DNA from: Candidatus Omnitrophota bacterium
GTDB taxonomy: Bacteria; Omnitrophota; Gorgyraeia; Gygaellales; Profunditerraquicolaceae
DNA length: 64,000 nt
NCBI GenBank assembly: GCA_028715415.1
Contig: JAQURX010000002.1
Span: 4,703 to 68,702 of the forward strand
Direction of reading: 5' to 3'
The notes under the pieces are model-generated. The model did not search any database and was not told the DNA's origin. It saw only the letters and a list, made by a program, of their open reading frames with translations. Shown here in pieces: positions 30,001 to 42,000 of the stretch; the first letter of the stretch is position 1, and each line of letters opens with the position of its first letter. The position numbers and the translations under genes were made by a program.

Positions 30001-33000
30001 TCGGTGAAGAATTAAGCCGTGGTCCAGTGCCTTTAGGGTATGCACGTACTCCCGCTGAATTGATTGAAGCTTTAAAAAGATTTGATTCTGCTGATTATCC
30101 AGCTCGCACTCCTCACTACGTAGAAGCAGGTGTTGCTTCAGCTGATGCTGCTGCAGGAGCAAGAAAAGATTTAGGGTTAAAAGGACATGAACCTATAATA
30201 GCAGAAAGATTATTAGCAGTTAGAGGCATTGCTCCAGCAAATGCTCAATGGTTGAAGGATAATGGCTATGCTGATCCTCAAAGCGGCGTTTTATATATTG
30301 ATTCACAATTCTTACCTATAATTAATCAGTTAGTTAATTCTACACAAGCTACAAGACAGGCGTTAAATAGTGGTTTATCCACTCTTAATATTACAGCTGC
30401 TACTTTGCCTGATTCGGAAACTGTTTCAAACCAGCAGGCCTTTGATACACTAAAATCAATTATTGATAACGTTGTGCCGGCAGCTAATACAAGGCAAGGT
30501 TTTAATTCTCTCATGACTTTAGGCCAGCTCGTTAAACCTTTTGAGAGTACTGGCGATAGCGTCTCGATTACTCCTGGAGCATTCAAGAAAGCCCAGCAGA
30601 GCTCGGATTATTTAGCAATTGTAGATTTGGTTTTAAACCTGGTAAGAGCGAGCCATCCTGAAAAAGCAAAAGCCATAGATAACTTGCTTAATGATAAAGT
30701 TAGAAGCGCATATAAGAAAATGCAGATGGCAAGAACTGATGCAGAACGCAAAGCCGCTGCCAAAGCTTTAACTAAAGCTTTGCCTACCCGTACTGCTATT
30801 TATGATGCAATGACGCCTTTTGGCACAGCTGGCACAACTGATGATGAGTGGAAAGCTCCGGAAAAACTTCGTTCAATGGAATTCGTGCCTTTCTTAATTC
30901 CTATGTCTCCAGAAGAAACACGCAATTTAATTGCTGTTGATGATGCCTTATTAGAAGATGATTTGCTCCCAGCATCAGTAGCTACAAAGGTTCCTTTAAT
31001 TGATACAGTAGCTGTTGCCCAAGGCCAGATGAATTTCTCGGGTTTGATTTCCAGATGGGGCGGCAGAAGCGAAGTAGCTAAAGCTGCCAGAATGCTTAGT
31101 AATTTAGAGAATGCTTCCGCAAGGTTATCCGCAGCTAGGAGAATACTTAGCAAACAGGCGCAATCCGGAGAACAACCAGATAAGAAATTACAAAGCGCAT
31201 TAAAGAGTTTATCAAAGCAGATTAAGAGATTGCAAAGATTAGGGCTTGATCCTACTCAATATACCAGTAATGATAATCTAACTGTAATTGCACAAAGAAT
31301 TGTTGGCGAGGATAAGGCTAAAACAGATAAATTAATGGAAAAATTAATTCTTCTTTCTATGGCAGGAAGAAGAGATTTGCTTGAGAAGCAGGTTAATAAA
31401 CATAAAGAATCTTTGGATCCGGCTATCGCAGCGTTGAATGCATTAATTGAGGAAGAAAGGCCGATTGCTGAAGGCGGAGAGAATTTAACAAAGAAAGCCG
31501 AAGAAGTCCGCCAGCAAAGAGAACAGAGGCGTCAACAGCAGATTGCTCAGGTTGAAGAAGATGCAGCTAAAGCAGCCCAAGAGGGAAAAACAGTAGAACC
31601 AACCGAAATCCCAGAAACAGATAGCGTTGAAACGATTGCTGCAGAATTACAAAGCCGCGCTAAAATAACAATTGATTTAGCTAAAGAAAAGTTGGCTAAA
31701 CTTGAAAAAGAAAAGGCTGATGCTGCTGCAGTAACTAATGAAACTCCTCTTGCACAGCAATATGCTGCTACAGAAGCTTATCTTCCTGAAGCATTAGAGT
31801 TGTCCATTAGAAGCGAAGCTTACCAGAAATTTGCTAAAGATAAAGCTGCTGAAGAAAATCAGCCTGCAACAACTGAATTCTCCGCAGAAGACGTGGCTAA
31901 TCGCCTTAACGAAATTTCGAATCAAGATTCCGGCGAACATATGAATCTTATGGCGAAGAAATATACTTATAACACCATCACTCCTGACGAAGATGTCCGA
32001 TTGAATGAAATTGAGAAGAATCGTAGGCAGCAGGCAGAGAGTTTACTCCAGGGCCTTAGTATTGAACAATTGGAAGCAGTTGTAAGGCTTAATGTTGAGC
32101 AGGATGAACGTTTAAATAATGGAGAAAAGCCAGCTTCGTTATTTGGTAATGGAGCTCCAGATTATGCCGCGCAAGAGTTAATAAGGAAATTAAAAGCTAG
32201 GGATGAAGCCAAGTCCGATGCACAATCGAAACAAGGTAATCAACCAGTGGCTCAAGAGCCAAGTAATCAAAGCTTCTTTAAGCGCGCATTGTATTATAAA
32301 GTCACCCTGCCTTTATCAGAAAAATTATTGGGCTCCCCGGTAAGCGTGCATTGGAGTGTTGCTGCTTTAGTAGCGTTCTTGGGGATTAAATTTGGAGGTG
32401 TTACAGCTGGTTTGGCGGCTGCAACGCCTATTATGATTTCAGTATTCTTACATGAAGCTGGGCATGCATGGGCTGCATTTAAGAAAGGAATGAAAACCGA
32501 TAATATTACTCTATTTGGTTTTGGTGGATCAACTAATTTTGATAAAGATAGATATGAAGCTATGTCTCAGAAAGATAAGAAATTTGTCGCTTTAGCTGGC
32601 CCGGCGATGAATTTTGTTTTGGCTGGTGGAGCAGCTATGTTGAATGCTTTAGGCGTTATTGATTCACATTCGGCAAATTATTTTGCTAACATGAATTTAT
32701 TCTTAGGGGCATTTAACTTGATTCCTTTCTGGCGGATGGATGGGGCAATTATATTCAGAAATATTGGTAGAGCTACTAGTAATGCCTTTACACCGCTTGG
32801 CTTGATGATTTATGCTGCTGGGAAGCTTATGTTTGGTAATGGCGGATTAGACAATGCAGGTGTTTCTGGCGCTGGGCAGAATAGTAATGGTGGCGCTAAA
32901 GAAAAGCCTGAACAACAGCCGATGGGTCAACCTCTGCCTTTCACAAATATTCCAACACCAAATGTTAATAATTTGAAGGTTCCTGCAAGTAATGGCTTAA

Positions 33001-36000
33001 TTCAACATTTACATAGCATATTTGGTTTGTTTGGACAGGCGTTATCATTCGCAAGGCCAGCTTATGCCGGAGAAACCAGCTCCCAGCATCTCACTAAGGT
33101 AGCTGGTGCAGGCGTATTTGGCCGTAGCAGCCCGGGTGTCAACTCCGCGGCTGCGATTAGCCCAATCGCAGGTCGTGGTTCTAGGCAAGAGGGCAAAAAT
33201 AGTGCAGGTTCAGTAACTCTTGCTACTACGGAGACTGGATCTGAAACAAGAAATGAAGTAGTAGGTGCAGAAAGTGCCGAAGGAAAGGTAGATGCCCAGA
33301 GTGCAACTAGAAAAACTCAAGGCGCAAATACAGGTTCTAATGATAGAACCGGTGGTTCGACAAGTGCAACCTTAAATGGCACAAATTCTGGTAACGGCAG
33401 CGGTGCAAATAATGGTGCAGCAGGCTTAGGTGGAAAATTAATATTAATTCCTCCAATGGTATGGAGGCTTTTGCGTCTTCTTAATACAATTATTCCTCCA
33501 CAAATCCTCGGCAATAACCATAATGCCCGTGGTCCGCCCGCCAAACTTGGCGCATTAGTAAAAACTTTATCAACTGCTGTATTAATCCTCGCTTCAATCT
33601 GTGGTTGTGCTTCAAATCAAAATCAATATAATCAATCTTCCTCTATCCAAGTTGTTGGCATTATCGCTGCCGTATTAATTATCGCATTACCAATAGTAAT
33701 TAAATTATTAACCAAGCCGGTTTCTGTTCCTTCCGTGGCAGGAAAGACAGTCCCGGCTTTTGTTGTAAATGAGGGCTTCGCAGGAACCCTCCTCCAGGGA
33801 TTGACCCTTCTTGTTGGAGCCCTCATTACAACTGTTTCAAAAATTATAGGAGGTGTAAAATGGTTAAAATCAATTTATCAGAGCTTAGTTTCGACCATCT
33901 TGTCATCTTTGAGAAAGACAGTACAATCTTTGCAGCAGCCCGGTGCGTTGATAAGAATCTTAGGATCTTTCTTATCCATGATAAAACAGGCAACGCATAC
34001 ACCCGTAACGGCAGAGCAGACAGCTGGGAAGAACTCTGTGATACCGACAGAGATATCGTCCTCCAGCGAATTATCGCAGCCCGAAAAACCAATGCAATCC
34101 CAGTCTACAGAATCAACGGAAGACACGATAGCTGATGAAGATGTGCCGTATGTTGTTTACAGAAGAAGATTTGGAATTGTTAATCCTTATCTTTTAGAAG
34201 GTGGATTAAAGGACGATGATTTTAGAGTTGTTTCTGGTGATAGAAGATATAAGCTAGGTCAATTAATTCCCGGGTTTTCTAAGCCAACTCCTGAGGATTG
34301 GGATGAAGCAGATGCATATTTCGCACAAGAAGCTGAGAAAGAAAATCAGGCTGCAGGCGTAATTGCGGGATTACCATTAAGAAGAATGGCTAAAGCCGCC
34401 GGCTTCGTTGTATTAGTAGGCGGTGCGCTTTACGCTGGTGCTGCCCTGTTTGACGGCACACCAGTTTATGCAGCAGATAATCATGCTTCAACCATGAATG
34501 CTCCAAGATTGGATTTGGGAGAAATGTTGAATAATGATGGGAATATCTTTGGGCAGACAACAACTTCTCAGGCCGCACAATTGACAGAAGCAGTAATTGA
34601 GAATGGTAAAGCAGTGCAGATTGTCGATGGAAGCCATCGTATGATATTAGGCGTTCCTGCATTAAACTGGCAGAATTATTCTGATTATCAGGCCTTTAAG
34701 AATGCTGTTAGGAAGAATGTTGAAAGCCAGATCGAATCTTTAAACTTATATACTAAGAAGAATTATTCAATTGATAATCTTAAACAGTACAACGGTTTAA
34801 TTACGAAATATTTAGAAGGTGCATATTGGGCGTTTGATGCAAGAAATAGAAAAGTAACTACAACTTCTTCAACTGCTACGGCAACAGCTACTGCGTCAGT
34901 AACCACGACTAGCAACTTATCTACAACGACTTCTAGCAATGTAGCTACATCTAACGTAACTACTACCACAACAACAGATTCTGCTCCAGCTTTAACTGAA
35001 CAGCCATTTATTTTAGTTGAAGACATCGAAAAGGTTAACTTTGGAAGGCCGTTGTTTGTTGGCCCAGTTGATTCTGTGATTATTACTACTGTTGATGGCG
35101 CACATTTTGTAATTGATGACGCAGAATTCTTAGCTAACCAGTTCGGCTTAAAGACCGGCAAGATTACAAAGATGGAATTTGGCCGTGCAAAGAAGATAGA
35201 AGTTATAGGCGTAGATGGCGAAGTAAAAGTACTTGGTATCAAAGGCATAATAGAAGAAGCAAGAGCACAGCAAGCAAATAAAACTTATCAGTCAAACACC
35301 AATCCTCGTTTTAATATTGATTTAGTTAGAAATGCTCACGAAAAAGGCCTGACAAGAGGTTTACGCGAAGTTCTTACTCTCGGTATTGTTAAGGGCCCGC
35401 GCGCTACCGGATTATATCAGCTTGATTTAAATGGCCGCCAGGTATTTGTATATTATGGTGGAAGCAATGGCCAGGATTTACTCAATGCATTAAATGATTT
35501 TGGTGTCCCAGATGAAAATATTCTTATGGATTCAGCTAAAGAGGAAAAAGTAAAATCATGGGGAATGGCTGCAGGGCGTACTTACGCAGTTGATGTCAGA
35601 CTTCCTGATGGAGAAGTTGTAACAGCTACTTATGATAATGCTTTAGAGATTGCACATCTTTTTAAAGATGCTAAACAGGCAGCCAAAATCAAGCCTGTTA
35701 AACCAGTTCCTGTTACTTCAATAACAACTACTAATACAACAGACATCGGTACTCCTTTTACTCAATCAATGCCGAGCTCTAAGCCGGTTGATACTTTACC
35801 GACAACAACAAGTTTACCTGTAGTAAATCCAGAACCAACAACAACTACAAAGGCAGTGTTACCTCCTGTTACAACAACTAAGCCAGTTGTGCCGACTACA
35901 CAGGCTGCTCCTAAAGCAAAAGTTACTCCAGTAATACCGACAGTAACTACTCCACTACATACCCGCGCTCCTCCGTATGTGGCTCTCGCTGCTCTTTTCT

Positions 36001-39000
36001 TTGCTCTCGCCGCTGGATTATTATCCAAAAATCGCAATTGGGAAATAAAGAATCGTATTAACGATATCCTTAAGAAAGTATTCCCCGAATCCCGCTGGTT
36101 AGCTCCTGCCGTTGAAGGTATCAAAGGTGTTAGAGGTTTAATCAATAGTGCCAAAAATGCATGGTACAACTGGACTTCAAATCATAGTGACTTACGTAAT
36201 ACCATTTTTATTACCGGAGCAGGATTAGTTATTCTCGGTATTGTAGTGGATGGTTCAGTATTTGGTTTTGATTATCATTATAATTGGAACAAAATAACTG
36301 ATGTCTTAAGATTTACATTTACCGGGATTGCGATAGGCTTTGGTTATTTAGCAATAATCGCTGCACTGTTATGGAGAGTTAAGCAAGGCATCCAACCAAT
36401 ACCAGAGGATGACAAATTTGCTCGTATTACAGGCGGCGATCCGGTAGATTTATTAGTTAATGCATATGGATATGGAGAAGAAGAGAGCAATTCAAGCATG
36501 CTTGAGACTGCAGCTAAGTTTTTGCGCAAGAGAGGTTCAGCTGCGCTTTTAGCTGGTATTATGTCTGACAGTGATTATCCGTTAGATTCATATGCAGAAA
36601 TAGTTGGATACTTGAATAGGCAGTCAAGAAGTTGGATAAGAGAGCTAAGTGAAATGGATCGTCAAATTGGGGTTCCAATGCATAGGGATTGCAGAGTTGT
36701 GGTTGGTATACCAGTTGCTGGCCACCAGGAAGGGGATAATATTTATCGTACGTTACAAAGCTATACTCATCAAACTGATAGGTCAGGTAAGGCATTAAAT
36801 AATAATTATTTTGAAATAATTGTATTCATAAATCATCCTTCTGATGTTGCTCCGGATAATACAATTGACGAAGTCCGAAGATTCCAGGCTGATTATCCGC
36901 ATATAAATGTAAGAATGGTCTATAAAAAATTAGATCGTTCAAATATTACGATGGGTAGAATTAGAAAATATGCAACTGACTTGGCGTTGTTAAGACATAA
37001 AAATAGGCACAACAATAGTGATTTGATAATTATTGGAAATGATGCTGATTTAAATGGTTTAGCTCCTACTTATATTTGGGCATTTATTAATGGATTTGAT
37101 ACTCATAGCAATTGGGATGGTATTTTGGGTAAATTAGATTGGGGCTATGATGGGTATTTATCTTCACCTGTATTTCATTTTGGTACTAGGATTTTCCAAT
37201 TGCAGGAGATTATATGTAGGCGTAACTGGGGAACTCCGGGTAGTAGTGGGGCTAACTTTGGTTATAGAGCTAGCCGATATGCTGCTTTGGGAGGTTACAA
37301 CGATAGGATGAAGTGGGGTGAAGATTCAGAATTTGGCTTAAGATTAAGAATGGCAAGAGATAAGAGAGCATTCAAAGCCATCGACCATCCTACTTCAGCT
37401 AATGTTGGTTATGTAGGAAATGCAGCCCTACTATTTACTAACGCAAGAAGAGGGATAGATGCTGTTATTAAAGGAAAAGCTCCTATAGAACAGTGGGATA
37501 GATTTGGTCCTGATGATGCTTTAAGAAAACAGCGCTGGGCAAGGGATCAGAATGATGCATTTAGTGTGGTTTTAAGTCCGGAAGAATTAAGGGACTTATT
37601 AGATAATCCAGCTTATTTGGAAAGATTAAAGAAGGATTTGGAAAGAGTTTTAAATAGAACTTTCATGGGTAGATATGATATTTATGTAGAGCAGGTTCTT
37701 AGGTTGTTGGGGGTACAGCACATTTTATCTACTGATCCCGATGGCAAAAGATGGATAATCTTAACCGATATTACCAAGGCAGTTAAAGGGTTTAAGAGAT
37801 TTCAAGAAACAGCTTCTTCAATATTCGCTGGCAAGACAGGGGCAAAGAAAATAGTCACAAATACTGTTAAGCAGTCAGCTCCTGTAGAGCAACCTGTTTC
37901 TCATGAAGAAAATACAGATGCTCTGCGCACCCAAGCTGAAGAAGCATTGAAGGCAAATGAAGAAATTCTGGCGAGAATTCGCGCGGCATTGGATAGCTTA
38001 GCCAAATCGGAAAATGAATTAGAGCAAATGTTGAATAGGTTGCAAGAGGCACAGCAAGCTGAGCTAACTATAAAGGAAGAATCTACTGTTGAAGCTGCCA
38101 AGCCGGTAGAAGTTGAAGTAATGTCAGTAACTACTGAATCTATTGAAGAAGAGAAGGAGAGATTATTTGGAAAACTAAGGGATATCGGATTTGAGGATTT
38201 TAAGAAATTGAATAAAGCTATATTTGATGCAGCAAGAAATGCAGAGCCTGAAAAAGCACAAGAAGCAATTATAGAAGCTTTAAGGAGAATAGTTAAAGAA
38301 GCAATTGCAGCTTGGCAAAATGCGCAAGCTGCTGTTGAAGTTGTCAAACCGGTAGAAGTTGGAGTAATACCAGCAGCTCCTAAGGCCATAGAAGATGAAG
38401 GTGTGATTGATGTTGAATTTACACCAGTTGAAGATAGCGTAAATAATCAAGTTGAGGATAGCAGAGATCCAGCTGAAAGAGCAATTGAAGATTTATTTGC
38501 CCACAAAGAATTCTTGGAAAATGCGTTAGAAGCTCCTTCATTGCGTCTTAGAAACGGCGCTGCTAAAGAGGCAAGGGAATCATTAGAAGCTGCTTTGGAA
38601 GATGTTAATGCAAAAATAGCACAATTGGAAAAAGAAGCAGATGCAGAAGTTGAGCCAGCAGAAAGTGAAGTAATCCCAGCAACTCCTGAAGCCGCGAAGA
38701 AGGAAGGTGTGATTGATGTTGAAGCGCAACCCGTAACTACTAAAGATGATCCATATGCGTTAACTCAAGAGGAATTAAATACATTAATAGAGGAATTGGG
38801 AGAAGAGCTTGACCCTGTAACTCCTCCAGCAGTAGATAATAATGTTGTTGATGCTGAACCGGCAACTGCTGACCCGATTGTAGCGACTTACCGATTCTTG
38901 AAGCCCAATGATGCTTACGATACAGAAGTTTATGACCAATTAAAAGCATTGGGAGCGCCCATAGATATGTATATAGGTAATGCTGAACCTGGGCAGATAA

Positions 39001-42000
39001 TAGAATTAAAGAAAGGATGGCTATTTAAAATAGGCCTTGATTCTCAGCTTAGAAGAGCGATTTTAATGGTATATCAGACCAGCGCTGCAATAGTAAATGA
39101 GCCAAAAGTAGAGCAGTCTGTAGTAGAAGCTCCTAAGGCGGAAGCAAAGCAAGGCTGGTTAAAGAGAGCTGGAGCTCGAGTGCTCGGAAGATCCTATTCT
39201 ATTATTCCTTTGGGTGCATTATTCCCTCTCGCTAATAATACTTCAACTCCCGTAGTTAACGATGCTTGGGTTATGGTTGTTTTACTTGTTATCGCCGCAA
39301 TATTATTGCCGGTTGCTTTTGCAGATATGGCAGATATGAGGGTAAATTCTTCAACTGTTACTAAGATTAGCCCTGTTGTTGGAGCATTCTTAAATCGCGA
39401 GAAAGAAAAGAACTCAGCAAAAGAAGAAGGGGCTCGCGAAGATACAGTAGAAATTTCTGAAGAAGCACGCAGAGCTGCAGCGCAGAAAGTAGCCAAGATA
39501 TTTACTGGATATGGTTTTGTTGGCACAAGAGATGGTGGGATTGATGTCGTAGCTTTAGGATTAATTTGGTGTGCTTGTGTTGGCATATTTGATGACAAAA
39601 ATAACAAATTCGTCGTGGCACATCTTGGAATGGATAATGATGTTGCTGCCTCTATAGATTTATTACTTGCTAAGTTAGGGAATGCAAATATTAAAGAGCT
39701 TAGATTTGAGGTAATTTCTTCAAAAGAAGGGGATATCTTAAAGAATGAAATTATGCGCGAGCTTGGTAGAAGAGGAATTGTGTTATCTCAGGTTGCTGAA
39801 TCTAGGGTTGAGCAAATGTCTGCTAACGCTTATTTGAATGCAAATAGCGCTAGTATGGATGTACGTAAGAGCGAAAACTTAACCTTTGATTTAATAGCTT
39901 CTCAAGATAAGGTTGGCCAAGGGCAATTCGAGTTGCCGCTAAAGAATTCTTCTTTAAGTAAATCTTTATTTGATTTTGGTGCTATTGTTGCTGGTTTAAT
40001 GACTCAATCAGCATTCGGCGCTAGCACAAGTATTCTTGCAAATGCAGGTGACGCAATAAATTCAATCATGACTTATCTTCAATATGCATTAATCGCTTTA
40101 ATTATTTATGGCATATATTCAATTATGCAGAAAAGATTTGTTGCCGGAATTTATAGTATTGTATTATCAGCTGCGATGTTTGGCATAATGGCAATGCCGC
40201 AAGTTAGCCCTGAATTAGCTTTAGCTGTATTTGCTATTTCCGGGCTGGGTGGATTAGGCGCAAAATTATATTTTAGAAGAGCAAGTGCTCGTGATATTAA
40301 TTTTGGTAAATTGCTTTTGACTTCATCTTTATTGACTGCAATTCTTGGTATGGTTGCAGAGGCAAGAGGCAACACAACTCAGATCCAGTCTTCAGCAACG
40401 ACTGTTAATTCGTTAGTATTAGGGGCTGTAAATAAAGTTAAAACTCCTGTAAGAGCTGCAAATAATGTTAAACCTCAAAAAGCCGGTAAATCAGCGCTCA
40501 AAGCACGCAGCCCACCAGTAATTAATTATAAATCTTTTGAATTGAATGAACTTACCAGAGTAATTGTCGGTGAAAATATTTTCGAAATCCTCAAAGCCTC
40601 CAATAAAGCACAAAGAGAAAGAATAATCGCTTCAATTGTCTGGATTGTTATTAACAGAGCAAAAGACGGTGATTTTGGCGGTAACACTATTTGGAAAGTT
40701 CTAACTTATTCAAATGCTTTCAGCTGCAGATATGATAGAAACAGTAATTATTATACCTATTATAATGATGTTGATAACAAAGAAGAAATTGCTCGTATTA
40801 AAGCCGCTGTTCAGGCTGTCTTGACAGGTAAAATCGCCAATCCAATCGGTAAGGCCACTCATTATTATAATCCGAATAAATCGAATCCTTATTGGGGTAT
40901 AAACGCCAAGACAATAGCTTGGGTTGGCCCGCACAGATTCGTAAATGTGAACAACAAAGAACTTCCTACCGCTAGCCAGAAAATAGCAAGCACAACTAAA
41001 TATTATGGCAAAAAAGCTATTAATGCAGCTTCAAAAGCAGCTTTAAGAGCTTTAAAGAATGCTTTTTCAACAAAAGGTGTTAAACATAGAGATGTTGGAA
41101 CTGGCCTTGTTCTCGTAGGTGTAGTTGGCACAGAAGCTTTTGCAGGCATACTATTAGCTGTAGTAGCTTTACTGGTTATTAAATTAGCACTTAATAGAAT
41201 TGATATAAGAAAAGCTTTGATTGCTGTAACTTTGCCAGCGATGTTCTTCTATGCAGATGTAAAAGATACTGTTGCCAAGTTTATGGATAGTGAAAAATTA
41301 GTTTGTTCCCACTGTAGTAAATTACCTCCGGGAGGAATCAGCCCTAAGCTTGCTGCTCAAATTGATGTATTAGAAGCTCGCCTGAAAGAATTCTTCCAGA
41401 ATAAGAAAGAAATAAAGATTATACCAACATCCGTCTATAGATGCCCTGCATACAATAAGCAAGTTGGCGGTGCGAAGAATTCGCAACATGTAGACGGAAT
41501 CGCTGCTGATTTTCAGGTATTTGTTGATGGAAAGCAAATGCCGGCTATACTTGTGAGGCATTTTATCGACCAATTTAATCTTGGATTTACAGGTAATGGC
41601 ACATATCATGTCAGAAAAATTGTTAATGGAAAAGTGACCTATGTTGATTGGAATCATGGGGATGTAAGAGAAGGTGCTAAGGCCGAATGGAAAGATATCG
41701 ACTCTGGATCTACTAACCAGAAAAATACCAAAGTAACTAAGTATACTCATCACCGTCATGGCCGCGCAAGAGGGTGTTCAATGTTAGGTTCATTCTTCTT
41801 TGGCGCGCTTTATTATCGTGATGACGGGAAATTACTGCTCCATCAAGGACTGATTATTAGAAAAGCATTTGTTGCCACATATGGAATGTTCTGGGGTAAT
41901 ATTTATGCGTTGACCAGTCCGATTATCAGCCAGACTGTATTAAGTTATGATATGGAAGCTGATGCGGCGTTTGGTTATCTTGAAAAAAGAGCAGAATACA

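Noticed and set aside
33860-34135. 91-aa + strand ORF in an alternative frame, preceded by a perfect TAGGAGGTG Shine-Dalgarno
   Set aside because: It lies entirely inside the giant ORF in the +2 frame. The SD-like sequence encodes Ile-Gly-Gly in the main frame, and the product has no recognisable features. It is most likely chance, although an overlapping gene cannot be excluded without expression data.
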